Below are positions 26,391-39,634 of a stretch of 53,746 nucleotides of DNA, piece by piece. The notes beneath the pieces were generated by a model that saw nothing but the letters and a program-made list of their open reading frames with translations, made no database searches and was not told the origin of the DNA. The DNA lies in contig NW_021833860.1 in NCBI RefSeq assembly GCF_006345805.1, positions 1 to 53,746 on the forward strand, given 5' to 3'. Each line of letters begins with the position of its first letter. Position 1 is the stretch's first letter. The DNA is from Octopus sinensis. Its lineage: Eukaryota. The translations under genes and the position numbers were made by a program.

Positions 26391-27555
26391 GATATATATT
26401 TACACTCATATACACATATATACATTGACATCATAGCTTTACATAGGTATGTGTTCCTTCATCTTTCGATCCGAAATCTCATCGATATAGATTCTTCCAA
26501 TTCTGCTGATATAGATTCTTTCCAAATCTATAGATATTCTTAACCTCTAATTTTCTAAAATTATTCTCCCTGCCTCCTTCTTCAATGGCCAATCTCTTCC
26601 TTGCAATCCTCTCATTCTTATTCATAATCCTTCGCCTTTTGTCTTTTCTTTTCTTTCCGTTTGTGTCTTTCATCTTCTTTTCCTTCGATCCTTTTCTCGT
26701 TTGCCGTTCATCGCCTGATATTAAACCGTTTTTTGTCAACGCTAAAATCTATCGATTCCCAAAAGCCAGGCAAATTTCGCATTTACTTTCAACTGTTTTT
26801 GTTCAGGTATTTATTTCCTAAACTAACCAAAATTATATATCAACGTATGTTCTATTTTAAATTCGCAGAGCATGCGGAACCGAACAGTGAAATTCGAATC
26901 TGAGACAGTGAAGTTTGCATTTCACTTGAATTTATATAAATCTACACTTCGTTATAAGCACGTTTAATTTCCTCTTTCGCACCTGTATATTGTGAAGTGA
27001 GAACATAAGATAGGATAACGGCTCTGGTGACAATGGCTACCGAGGCAGAAACACTAGTCCAGAGACATCATCTTTTTTCTAAACAATCAGTCATTTTCTT
27101 AATGCTATATCAATTCTGGGGGATTCTGGCCTCTGAGATTATCTTTCTTGCTTGGAATGGGAACCAATTCCAAAGAAGCGATTCTCTCGCATTTTGTGGG
27201 AACGGAGATAATTTTGTTAAATGAAAAAATTGCATAGAATTTAAAATGCAATTAGTCTCCTTGTTGTGTGTGTGTGTTTGCGTGTATGTGCGTATGGCGT
27301 GTATGGGTGTGGTGTATGTGTATGCATGTGCATGGTTATTTTTGAAGTGATCCGATTGACTGAAATGCTGAAATATGATGATGTTAATAAACCGAAGACG
27401 AACAGAATCCCTTCCCGTAAGAGGAGATAGAAGTGAATGTGTGATTGGTTAAACAATCGACGACAGTAGGACGGAAGCAATCACTTCTGAGCCATTTGCT
27501 GGCATTGCGTTGCTCCCAGGCTTTACCCCCAACTCAACAGAACATACAAAAATAC

Positions 27556-27595
<40 letters not shown>

Positions 27596-27606
27596 TGTGA
27601 AAGCCA

Positions 27607-27745
27607 CGATCGTTCGGTCACGAGTTCGATTCCCGGCGGCGTGTTGTAGTCCAAAGAAAAAGTCCTGGGGTCGATTTGCTCGACTAAAGGCGGTGCTCCA
27701 GCATGGCCGCAGTCAAATGACTGAAACAAGTAAAAGAGTATAAGA
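27607..27745 (+). mobile_element. Chimeric SINE remnant (family E-like head piece joined to a family A tail)
   Basis: GAGTTCGATTCCCGGCGGCGTGTTG followed directly by GTCCTGGGGTCGATTTGCTCGACTAAAGGCGGTGCTCCAGCATGGCCGC. Confidence 0.7.
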
Positions 27746-28696
27746 AAAGGAATAAGCTACAGACTTTCCGTGATGTATTTCGTCCAATTGTGGATAGGTG
27801 GATATAGTGAATTTAGGCAAAAGTTCGCCTTACGTTTACATAGAAATTCACATTATGTTTACATAGAAATACGGCGGTGGATTTGAAGGTATGGTCCGTG
27901 TTACAGAGGCGAAAGGTTTAAATGTAAAGTGCCAGCTAGTAGGTGCAACGTTGCGGATGGTATTGGCATAAGCAGCTTATGATGGTGAACCCATCATGGG
28001 GAAATTTGGTATGTGAGTGTACTAATGAGAGTAAGGAACCAGGTGAGAGACAGACAGACAGACAGACAGAGATACGAATGAATGAAAAAAAAAACGAACA
28101 AATAGCATTTGGTTGGAGTAACAAATATTTAATAGTAGTTTGACTCCGTTTAATATATAGGGAAAGATAGGGAGAGACAGATAGAAGTAGACAAACAGAC
28201 AGGAAAAGCGACAGACAATTTTAGCTTTGATTTTTCCTTTGCTTTGGGAGATCACATAAGTTTCATACTGGAGACACTGCGAATTCACATCCAGATTTCT
28301 AACAATTTTTCAACACAACATTTTTTATGGGTAATTTTTCTCTTCAATTCCATTCGACATATCCAAGGTCTCACAAGGTGTTTAGTACCTGATGAAAGAA
28401 AAAAAAACATACTTCTGAAAATTATTGAAAATATGTAATTTATAAAATAATAAAATAAGTTCTAATGATTAAGTAAATTGCATATAATTATGGATATCAT
28501 TCAGTGTGATGACATGGCAAAATCGTTGGAGGTTTTGATAAAAACTTCTTTGCAGGGCAGTTTTTCGGTCTTTTAGGCTCTGTGAATAAATTCTGCCAAC
28601 TTTAAGTTTGCCTTTCATCACTTCAAAGTCGATAAATTAAGGACAGGATTCAATGAAGTATAGGCATCGATGGTATCCAACCACACCCTGTGACAG

Positions 28697-28957
28697 AATT
28701 TGTACGGAAGTCAGAAACCATTGTGAATATTATTCAAGAGTTCACTTACGTAATTCGAGTGTTTCTAAATATCTTAGTTGTTTACTCTTATTACATTTAT
28801 TACTACCTCAGATCATCTAATTGTATATATCTGTCGTTACCTTTCATAAAAAGCCTTTTCTTTTTTTATTTACAATGTGCATTTTCGTTGATTTTTCTTA
28901 CTTTACCCTTACATTTCCACGTGTAGTTTCTATTTTCTTTTTGTAACATATTTCTAT

Positions 28958-29020
<63 letters not shown>

Positions 29021-29308
29021 TATATATATATGTATGTATATGTATGTATGTATGTATATACATATAAGTGGGATGACCACTAAGTGGACATCCTACGCTA
29101 GAGGTAGACCCCATATAGTCTGACCACTAAGAAAAGATGGTTCTCAAGAAAATTCAGCAAACGCCAGAAGTGAGCGAGCAAGACAAATGAAAAGATACAA
29201 ATGCTGAAATAATATAATTTTTCAAAATCTCAGATTTTTCAATATACTAGAATTACGTAAGTGAACTCTTGAATAATATTCACAATGGTTCTGACTTCCG
29301 TACAAATT
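28697..29308. repeat. Inverted repeat, ~63-bp arms (28697-28760 and 29246-29308)
   Basis: AATTTGTACGGAAGTCAGAAACC...CGTAATTCGAGT and its reverse complement with one mismatch. Confidence 0.9.
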
Positions 29309-29341
29309 AATATTCAATTTTTCACCCGTATCATTTAAATT

Positions 29342-29394
<53 letters not shown>

Positions 29395-29396
<2 letters not shown>

Positions 29397-30434
29397 TTGT
29401 CCTGTACTCTATTTTTTGTTGTTTAAGAAAAATGTCCAGTTCCTTAGGTTTGTGTCTGTTTTCGTTTCTCATTGTCTTCGACGTTTTTTTGGTGTCCTGT
29501 ACTCATATTCATATATGCGTGTATATATACATGTAGAGGTAGGTACGTACATATATGTATATATATATATATGCATATGTTTTATTTATTAATATATTAT
29601 ATGACGGAACGCACGCATCCCTTTCTAAGTAAGATTGTTCTTGATATTAATTTTGATGCGCACTCTTAACCTTTCTGTCCCCTCCCTTTCTTTGCCTTCA
29701 TTCTTTGATTTCTTTTTCTTCTACTTAACTGTCTCTCCCTCTCTCTCATTCTTCACTCTCTCTCTCTCTCTCCCTCTCTCTCATTCTTTATTCTTTCTGG
29801 TTTCCTCACAACCATTCCCCTTTCTTCTCTCCCTTTCTCTTACTCCTCCTCCTCCCTCCCGCCGTTAACCCGCGACGAGAGCCTTGCCACCTTCTTTCTC
29901 GCCTGATCTTCTTGAGGTGTGGACGGCAATTTTCTTTGCTCCCTTCGCCGTTCACAGAAATAGCGTTCGTAATACTTTTTTTCGTTCGGCTTAACAGCCC
30001 TTCTTGTCTTGTTATTTTCCTTGTCCTGTCTTTTACTGCTTATATTTTGTACTGTCGTTACTGTCCTGTTTTTGTAACCATTTTTACCCCTCTGCAAAAA
30101 GATCTCAAATTTTATTTGATTTGCTTTTCGCAGGAAGGAAAGTTTCTATCGAAGATACGTCTCGCCTTCACCTTCGAAACGTAGAGTAGATGAAACCATG
30201 GCGACTGAAGAAGGGGTTTTTTCCTTGTGTTATTTGTCCTGTACTCTATTTTTTTTGTTGTTGTTTAAGAAAAATGTCCAGTTCCTTGGGTTTGTGTCTA
30301 TGTTTTCGTTTCTCATTGTGTTCGACGTTTTTTTGGTGTCCTGTACTCATATATGCGTGTATATATACATGTAGAGGTAGGTACGTACATATATGTATAT
30401 ATATATATATGCATATGTTTTATTTATTAATATA
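29395..30434 (+). mobile_element. Unit bounded by ~200-bp direct repeats (29395-29596 and 30232-30434), Penelope-like
   Basis: Near-identical repeats with a period of ~837 bp; hammerhead-like remnants (CGAAACGTA near 30175; CTGAAGA at 30205) just before the second repeat. Confidence 0.6.
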
Positions 30435-30514
<80 letters not shown>

Positions 30515-30768
30515 TCCACAGTTGAAATCCAGAGATTCTCAGTATAGAAGGAACTTTGTAGTGTTCAAATAATTCAAATATAGACTCGGATGTCTTTACA
30601 AGGGATAAATTTCACGGGGTAAAGAATGACTTTAAGAGGGATCAAATTAAGGCAATTGTGAGGATAAGCAAATTAGATTTATTAAATATAATAGTTTGTG
30701 TATGAAAAAAAATTTACTAATCATACCCAATGCAATTTTTCAAAGCAAGACATTTAAAAAATGAATTT

Positions 30769-30830
30769 AGTCTTGTATCACCTGTGATTTCGTACTTACC
30801 GCAGTTGCGACCGTACTCATCAGCAAGACT
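30769..30830 (-). ncRNA. Type I hammerhead ribozyme, intact (inverted copy)
   Basis: Exact reverse complement of 31231-31292. Confidence 0.88.
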
Positions 30831-31230
30831 GATTCTGAACATATCATAAATATGATATGATTAGTAAAATTTTTTGGTAGAAACGACTAATGTCCCTCTT
30901 AGCGTGTGGCATGTATGTGTAATAATGCCCTCTATATATAAATTAATATGTTCAATAAGAAAGAATTATTTTCGAAATTTTTCTCTTATGAGGGCTTTCA
31001 CGCTATCTACCTGATAATTTCTTGTTAAGATTCCTTATTAAGAAGTTATCCTTAATTGTTAAATAATTTTATTCCGAAAAAACTTTTCCTATCCGAAATG
31101 CAATTCCAAGAAGCCTGCCATTTACCGGATGTATTATATGTAAACCTCCCCATGTGCTTCGTTGGAGTAGAACAGATAGCTGTTCGGCTTTGACGGTGCG
31201 AGGTCGTTTATTTATGATATGTTCAGAGTC

Positions 31231-31292
31231 AGTCTTGCTGATGAGTACGGTCGCAACTGCGGTAAGTACGAAATCACAGGTGATACAAGACT
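31231..31292 (+). ncRNA. Type I hammerhead ribozyme, intact canonical core
   Basis: Stem I AGTCTTG/CAAGACT (7 bp); CTGATGA at 31238-31244; stem II GTAC/GTAC with inner CGCA-AC-TGCG; GAAA at 31270-31273; stem III ATCAC-AG-GTGAT; H17=A, predicted cut after 31285. Confidence 0.9.
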
Positions 31293-31412
31293 AAATTCAT
31301 TTTTTAAATGTCTTGCTTTGAAAAATTGCATTGGGTATGATTAGTAAAATTTTTTGGTAGAAACGACTAATGCCCCTCTTAGCGTGTGGCATGTATGTGT
31401 AATAATGCCCTC

Positions 31413-31470
<58 letters not shown>

Positions 31471-31620
31471 GGAACAGCGACTACAAATTCTTATATATTT
31501 TATATTTTTATTTCTGCTTTCATTCTCTCATTTCCCTCTGTACTCCCTATCTCTTCCTTTTCCATAATAATTCCTTATTTCGAACTCAACTATTTACCTC
31601 TATTTAACCATCTCACATCG

Positions 31621-31654
31621 CCTCTGATGAAGGGATATCCATAATATCCCAGAA

Positions 31655-31656
<2 letters not shown>
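31621..31656 (+). ncRNA. Hammerhead family A motif, truncated after GAAAC
   Basis: CTGATGA-A-GGGATAT-ccata-ATATCCC-A-GAAAC, then replaced by (CA)n/(TA)n; homologous to 40681-40726. Confidence 0.65.
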
Positions 31657-31720
<64 letters not shown>

Positions 31721-31772
31721 ACCTCGTGTGTACCGTTGGTGATTTTTTTTCCTCTGTCTTCCCTTCTCCTAT

Positions 31773-31807
31773 GTTTCCGATGAAGAGCTCCGCTCGAAAC
31801 GTTAAGC
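31773..31807 (+). ncRNA. Minimal hammerhead family B (CCGATGA core variant)
   Basis: GTTT-CCGATGA-A-GAG-ctccg-CTC-GAAACGTT-AAGC; lies in repeat 31725-31905. Confidence 0.65.
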
Positions 31808-32634
31808 CCTCCTTCTTTCCTGAGCGTCCAATAATACTATATTTGTTCCACGTCCTCGCGTTGTTGTGTTTTTTTTGTGCATTTTTGTTTGGATTAACTA
31901 TATATATATATATATATATGGTATCTCTTTCAAAACTACCAACAAACCATACCAAATGTTCGGATCAAAAAATCATAAAATCTTTTCAAATATAAACACA
32001 ACCTAACAACAATGACATAAAAAAGAAGAGAAACTCGAAGCATGAAACAAGCTGGAAGCCCCAGGAATTTCGTTTTTAAAAGAACAATTCCACCAAATGT
32101 TACCGGCCGACTGCTAACTTCACAATGACACTCCACGGGTGATTGTCAATGGCTTCCACCAAACATTCAACAGCTGCACATTTCGTTTATCTCACATTTC
32201 TTTCTTTTTTTTTTTGCTTTGTTATGCTGTTTTTCTCCTTTATCATCATCATTATTTTTATTTAATTTATTATTTATTTATTTATCTTTTTTTTTTTTTT
32301 GATCGACTTGGATGAACTAATTGCCATTCAAAATTTGGTCACTTTCAAGTTTGAAAACCTTGCCTTCTTGCTGTGACTAATTTAAATAACAAATATTCGA
32401 TATACCACCGGTAAGGGAAAACGTAATGAAGCACGTGTTACCTGTCGATATCGACCCTACAGGTATGGTTTCCTTACTTCAGGTGAATCCAGTTGTTTTC
32501 TGAATATTCTTGTGACAATAGCTTATTGTAAACTATATTTAACCAACCAAGATTAATGAAATATAGACAAAACGTCTCAATTTTACTGATAATTGCAACA
32601 AAGCGGAAACAACAGCAAGTCTTTCTAATTTTTG

Positions 32635-32832
32635 ACAGAAGGCAGGTAGTTTTGAGGGGAGGGGCTAGTCGATTACATCGACCTCAGTGTGTGACGTATA
32701 CTTTGTTATATAGACCCCGAAGGGGTGTAAGGAAAAGTCTACCGCGGCGGTATTTCAGCCCATGACGTAAAGATCTCAAAGAAATGCCAGTAAGCATTTT
32801 GTCCGAGTTGTCGATTCTAACAACTTGCCGCC

Positions 32833-32833
<1 letters not shown>
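32635..32833 (-). mobile_element. Degenerate SINE family B
   Basis: GTCGATTACATCGACCTCAG...TTGCCGCCT on the plus strand, next to (AAT)n. Confidence 0.7.
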
Positions 32834-32867
<34 letters not shown>

Positions 32868-32884
32868 TAATAATAATAATAATA

Positions 32885-33166
32885 GACCAAAACAATAAAG
32901 TTTGTTTATTGATTGATATGAGTAGACCTTGTGACCATAATATCTCGGCAAAAGAATTTCATAAGTACAGAAAATATGAAGATTTGCTAATCGAAATTGA
33001 AAAGTTTTAGCATCTCAAAACGGTTACAATACCAGTAATTGTAGGAGCACTTGGAATGAACAAAAAAGGAACTGAAACTTATTTAAGAATGATCTCTGGC
33101 TTACCATCCATGCAGGAAGTGCAAAAGGCTGTCTTAACTGGTACGTCACACATATTGAGAAGAGCA
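32885..33166 (+). mobile_element. R4/Dong-type LINE, RLE C-terminal fragment following (TAA)n
   Basis: Translates CLLIDMSRPCDHNISAKEFHKYRKYEDL...TIPVIVGALGM...AVLTGTSHILRRA. Confidence 0.85.
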
Positions 33167-34629
33167 AGAAGGGGAGGAGGTGGGGAAGAGAAGGACGGGG
33201 AGGAGGACAAGGAGGAGGAATGGGAAGAAAATGAGAAAGAAGAAGAGATAGAGAAGGACGATGATGATCCTCACAGATCTCAACCTGAAAACCCATGGCA
33301 AGTACCCTCTACGACGATCGATTCCCAACTGAAACACTTGCCATTTTGTGACTCTCCCATCCAATTTCCTATAGATTCCTTTCAAACCAACTCCTTCTTC
33401 TCTATTGTCATGTTCTTTTGCAAGCGAATGAAAAATAATGCCAGTCTTTAAACGTTTCAACCTCCCTCTCAGCAATACCACTTTCGTCACCGCCACCAGA
33501 CAGAGGAAAACACCCCTCACTGCCCGTTTAAAGATGGCCGTCAAAGCAGTCATCATGGTAGACGGAGCTGATTTATGGATCCGTCTTATACAAGACTGCA
33601 GTTCTTTGATATAACTCTACACGTCAGCAACACTCGGAAACTCAACTAATGTTTCCAGGACAGTTTCATCCGTCTGCGTGTGTGCCCGTATGTGTCTGTG
33701 TGCTTTATTGCGGGCCAATGGAAACAGAATAAAACATAACTTTCCTCTGAAATACATGTTCCGAATGCATATCAAAAGAACAATTACGTTCACAGTGCTG
33801 AGATATTAGTCTGTACGGGGATCACATTGTGCAGTCCATTTCATGGCACAAAGCGTTGACATCTTTTTTGTTTAAACAATCATATACTCCACTTAACCAA
33901 GAAGTTTCGATTCGATGTAATATCCACTTCTTTGCGTAGTCACCGATATCGAGAATACACTCATAAGATCCGTGTAAAATGTTCGTTGGTGTATCTTGAT
34001 TGTTAAAGTGTCAGAAACATAACAGAAAAGGTTTGGTTGATTTTTGCGTTCACAAAATATGTTGATTAAAATGGCAATGATCTGAAAAGTACCAAATATT
34101 TGAAATATAGTTATTATAAATTGTAATTAGTTTCACATCAAAACCCTCCCAAATGGCTGAAAAACGGAAGTCAATTATGAAATTAGCATAAAAACTGCTT
34201 TCTCGCTGCCAAATAATAAACTTTAACCAACAAAATTACACGTACTCACTCTGAGCGACAAAGCTTTTTTCTGTGGTCACTCTACCGGCTGGAAATACAA
34301 CCAAACTTTTCTCATTACACCCGATTGTTTTAAAAAGAGGCATAAATGTAAATCAAGCTATATTTTAGGTTCAATTTCATCAACTATCTAATCCTTTAAG
34401 AAATACGTTTATATCAATCCGAAAATAATTTTCGTAGTTAATCCAATCGAGATCGATTAAATAAATATTCATTATATATTGAAGTCGATCTTATTTAATA
34501 AACTCATCTAATACAAATCCGTAACTTTGTTCATATAAGAAATCTTGTGATTCGCAAAGCTGGATTTCCTTGTATTTTGTTTGTTTTTTCAAATATATTA
34601 AAGCCTTGAAATTCTACTCTTTCCAGCGC

Positions 34630-35070
34630 TGCCACGATCGGTACGTCGTTTGCGCGATGTGGAGAATATACCGCGCCAGGATTACCCAAACAACCTGAAC
34701 ATTAGTGTGAAGGTTCATCTAAGGCTGGAACCACGGGCCATACGTCCCCTGCCCAATTCAGGTTCACAACATATAGGTATACTGCGACACAACTTCTTTT
34801 CCTCAACAGGCCTGCCCGGTTTAACATTGTCCCAAAAGTGATCAATGAGGAAAAGGATCCCATCACCTTTAGACGGAGTCTGGACAAATTTCTTCAAAGA
34901 ATACCAGACAAGCCACCTGGATACAACTCACTCAACAAGAACTCCCTACTTGAATGGGCCATAAAACCACAAAACTTGACTTACAAAGGATTTAGATAAT
35001 CCTATCAGGTGGTGCTATTAAGCTAGACTTGGCCTGGGCCAATCTTTGGTCGAAACATATCTAAGTTTTT
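34630..35070 (+). mobile_element. CR1/L2-group LINE 3' fragment (frameshifted) with 3' UTR
   Basis: Pieces LRHNFFSSTG, FNIVPKVI, SLDKFLQRIPDKP and NSLNKNSLLEWA; the UTR TCAGGTGGTGCTATTAAG...TGGCC recurs at 46991-47070. Confidence 0.8.
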
Positions 35071-35867
35071 TCTTATTAGGATTGTAATTCTTGGCGTGCT
35101 AAAAGTGAAGTAGAGGTGACAACGGTAAGATAAAAACTCTAAAGCTAGATAGATAAGATTAAATAGGAGACTAATGGAAGACGCTAACTCCCAACCTGAC
35201 TGCTGTTAGCCGGAATACCCAAAACACTACGCCACCCGCCTTAATCCATTCCCGCAAAACAAAAACAAACAAAACAAGAAACTTTTAGAATAGATTTGAT
35301 CTTCTTTTGTAAACATGATTGTTACTTTACAACATGGTGGATAATCTCTATCATAACTGACTCATATCAATCATACACTGATCACCCCTTAGTCCGTTTA
35401 CAGACCTGTTTGTTAATAATTCAAGAATGTCTGAATTGCTACCATTAAGTAACCCTAACCCTAATCTCCATTGGAAAAGACTCTGTTTGCCCCAGGTATC
35501 TTCTTTCCTCACTCATAGACGTGAACTGTAAAAGTACAGACAACAATCAAAGCTCTGGTTTGCACTGCAGAGTATCCACTGCTTATAACTGTGAAGCAGT
35601 ACATGTAACTGAGCAAAGTAGGGAGTTGTTATTACAAGGTCGCAATACCAGCTAGAAATAGCAACAAAATCTACTTCAATATACGTGCTTGTTTTTGAAA
35701 GGAAAGCTTAGAATGTATAATGAATTCCAAGATAACTATAGTGGACGAAATGGCAACAGCTAAAATGATTTTGATCACAATTCTCTCCAATTTGAGCTGA
35801 GGAGAAAGAACAATCTGCATCTCAGCACACTGTTCTCTCGACATATGTCTTACCAATATCGCATTGG

Positions 35868-35932
35868 AGATTCGAGGATGCGAACTCGGAACCTCTCTGT
35901 TGGAAAGTCTGATATATTATCCGCTTAGCTAT
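35868..35932 (-). mobile_element. tRNA-like SINE head remnant
   Basis: ATAGCTAAGCGGATAA...GAGGTTCCGAGTTCGCATCC on the minus strand (box A and B-like). Confidence 0.4.
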
Positions 35933-36559
35933 GTGGACATTTACCCATCATCCCATCCAAAGTTTTTTGTTTTCTGAAAGATAATTACAATGTTACAATC
36001 CTTGCTTTCTTACAAGTTTGTGACGATAAGTAATTTTCTAATTGCTTATTCAGTACAATAAAACAAGCGAGAATCTTTAGTGTTTTAGAATCAGAACAAC
36101 AACAACAACAACAACTTTATTATATGACATTGTAATTTGTTGAAATAAATTGTCTACAGAAATATAAAAAGAAGGTTGAATGTTTGTACTTCTTAGAACC
36201 AAATCGATTTCTTAACAGACAAATTAGAAATATATTCAATTGTGAAAATAAATAAATGAATAAATAGAATTGGTCGAATTGTTGTGTGTTACATACATGA
36301 AGAGGCCTACTTTGAGATATTTGATACTTATCTCGACGTATGTGTGTGTACGCCGGCGATAAATATGCGTGTGTGTCCATAAATATTTGTAGATAGAGAC
36401 TTATGTCTGCGCATCACGATTTGCATAAATTGAGGAGCATAAATGCAAATGCAAGGGGCAGGGGATGTAGTATATATGTGTGTATATGTGTACGTGTAGA
36501 TATATATATATATATATATTAATATATATATATATTATATATATGTATGTATGTATGTA

Positions 36560-36605
<46 letters not shown>

Positions 36606-36657
36606 ATATATAATATATATATATATGTATGTATGTATGTATTCACATATATATAAG

Positions 36658-36696
<39 letters not shown>

Positions 36697-37479
36697 TTAA
36701 GTGCATGTATAGATACATGTATGTTTCTATGCTTGTATATATATATGTGTGTGTGTGCGTGTATATGTGTGTATACACTTAAGTGTATGTATAGATACAT
36801 GTATGTTTGTATGCTTGTATGTATATATATATATATATTTGTGTGATTCAATATATACATACACACACGTCCACACATACAGACACGCTTACATATGCCT
36901 GCGTATGTGTGTGTGTGTGTGTGTGTGTGTATTTGCAGACACAGATACATACATAGATTCATACATACAGCCACACATACATACATAAATACATACATAC
37001 ATACATACATACATACATACATACATACATACATACATACATACACTATGTATGTATGAAGATAAGATCTTTAGCATTGGAGGTGATATGTTCATTGACA
37101 CGGTCTGTTACACACATTCGACATAATGGTCCGTAGTGAAAAGGAATAACAAAAAAATATATAAAGCTTTCACAAGAATATGGCCGTCAGCAATTGTCTT
37201 CAAATTTTCTAACCGAGCTTCTCGGCAAACATTGAAACTCGGCTGCGCGTTTGATCCCACCCCCTCCCCCCATTTTTACAGATTCCAACTTTTATTATCT
37301 GTAGCCAACCATTTCTCTTCTTTTTGTTTTTCCTTCTCATTTTTTTTTCTTTTTATATATAAAGATTATTTTTTTTTGTTGTAGATTTGTATTCATTATT
37401 ATATTTCAAATATTTTCTTTACATTTCCTTCATATCATATATATGTGTATTTATGTGTGTGCATGTATATGTGTAAGTC

Positions 37480-37518
<39 letters not shown>

Positions 37519-37674
37519 ACGCATGTATATGTATGCATGTATGTATATATATATATATATACATATATAGATAGATACATACATACATATATGTATATGT
37601 ATGTAAGTATATGTATTATATTATATGTTGTGTATATAGTATATATATATACATATGTATATATCTATATATGC

Positions 37675-37745
<71 letters not shown>

Positions 37746-38501
37746 AACACATATATCGTCTATTTTCTTTTTGTCCTCAAATTTTTTATATATTTCTTCT
37801 CCAATTTTCTATGTTAATTCATATTATTGTTCCCCACCCTCAACCCCGCTAAAAAAATCTTTTTTCTTTTTCATCATCATCATTATGAAACTGTGTTATT
37901 TTATTTTATTCACTATTTCATCCTTTATTTATTTATTAGTTATTTATTGTATTTATATTTATTTCCCTTTTATTATATTTATTTTTTATTCTATTTATAA
38001 TGTATTATTTCCTACATTTTTCAGTCTCTAATTTCCCTTTGTGTGAAATCTCCACAGCGAGATATACTTTCTGTACAACTCACAGAAATGCTCAACTCAC
38101 GGAATATGTAAAGTGATGGACATTAAAACCGTCTTTTGGCCACATAGCTCAATGTGTTCCTTCATATTTCGTCCGCTTTCTGTTGTTCCATGTGTCATGC
38201 TTAAATAATCAGCTTGCTACATCTCGGCTTGCTTACTATTGTTTGGCCATTAATATTGGCATCAAAGATAATAAGGGATCTCTGTAGATGAAGCTTAGGG
38301 ATTAACTGAAGAGGAGACAGAACCTGTAAAGTTTAGGGGTACATTTTATTCTCTTCACATATGAAGAGCTGCCACTTAAAACACATGCACACACATATAT
38401 ACACACATATGTGCCTCGTCACTTTCAGACAAGCAGATATTATGAACGCATAAATACATAGGAAATACCTTGATAGGCAAAAACATACGTGCACACAAAC
38501 T

Positions 38502-38553
<52 letters not shown>

Positions 38554-38834
38554 TTTGTTTAGAGTGCAGGGAATTGTTTTTAAATATTATAACATAATTC
38601 CTCATTATATTCGAATGTGGGTGTATGCGCATATGTGCGCGTGTGTATAACTGCGATTGTGTGTGTCTGTGTTTGTGTGTGTGTTGTGTGTGTAAAAATG
38701 TATGCGCTATACGTAGTTATGAGCATTTTAGTGGTTTCTTATGTGAGATACAAGGTATGTTGGAACGTGTGTATAGAAGTGTCTGTGATTTTTTTTCCTC
38801 TGTCTTCCCTTCTCTGGATCTTTCCTTCTCCTAT

Positions 38835-38869
38835 GTTTCCGACGAAGAGCTCCGCTCGAAACGTTAAAC
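38835..38869 (+). ncRNA. Minimal hammerhead family B (CCGACGA core variant)
   Basis: GTTT-CCGACGA-A-GAG-ctccg-CTC-GAAACGTT-AAAC (stem I GTTT/AAAC perfect); lies in repeat 38790-38968. Confidence 0.7.
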
Positions 38870-38967
38870 CTTATTTCCTTCTTTCCTGACCGTCCAATAA
38901 TACTATATTTGTTCCACGTCCTCGCGTTGTTGTGTTTTTTTTTTGTGCTTTCTTGTTTGGATTAACT

Positions 38968-39067
<100 letters not shown>

Positions 39068-39199
39068 ATGTATGTATGATGCATCCTATTATTATCGAAG
39101 AATACACCAAATTCATCAAGAATGACCTATATAAATGATATAAATGATATAAATTGGCACCGACGTCTGCCCATGACAATATCAGCACCAACAAATGCC

Positions 39200-39388
39200 A
39201 GCTTATGAACAAACTGCAGGAACACACAGAACCCTACTGGCCTACATCTCCACACTTGAACCTTAAAGATCATAAGAAGAACTACATAACAAAACCATCT
39301 ATACGCCTCATATGCCCTACCAAATCTGACCTGGGAAGAATAAGCAAGAACATTCTGAATAAAATACCAATTATCAAGCAGAAATTGA
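39200..39388 (+). pseudogene. Penelope-like retroelement RT fragment (probably Naiad-like), fused to a terminal-repeat tail at 39389-39486
   Basis: Translates HLNLKDHKKNYITKPSIRLICPTKSDLGRISKNILNKI, matching the LKDHK...RLINP.KS.IGRISK.IL block of PLE RTs. Clade assignment is from memory. Confidence 0.75.
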
Positions 39389-39634
39389 ACAAACAAGATG
39401 ATGACAAATATCCGTCGAATAATGTAAATAATGTAAAAAAAAAAAAAGGGAACCTAATTCCTCATCTCTTAAATATAGAACTGAAAGTATTTTGTCTATT
39501 TATTTATTTCCACTGTCCACCAGCAGGCCTATATAATAGTGCATATACACATTTATATATATATTAATAAAACGGTAAGATAACAAAAGAAAGAAAGAGA
39601 CCTCAATATTATGTAAATAGAGTAAATTTATCTA

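Larger units (their letters stand above)
30706..31423 (+). mobile_element. Hammerhead-bearing Penelope-like/retrozyme-like element: 480-nt unit with 88-bp terminal redundancy plus a 146-bp inverted copy
   Basis: Direct repeats at 30856-30943 and 31336-31423; inverted arms at 30706-30851 and 31210-31355. Confidence 0.85.

Noticed and set aside
30950-31200. GIY-YIG endonuclease remnant inside the 480-nt unit (CNSKKPAIY)
   Set aside because: The match is too weak and is followed by stops; not supportable without a profile search.
35451-35463. TAACCCTAACCCT telomere-like repeat
   Set aside because: Only two units; expected by chance or within a repeat.
39389-39430. ATGA...AAA motif in the PLE tail as a SECIS element
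   Set aside because: Spacing and stems are far too short for the SECIS helix and no convincing GA quartet partner is present.
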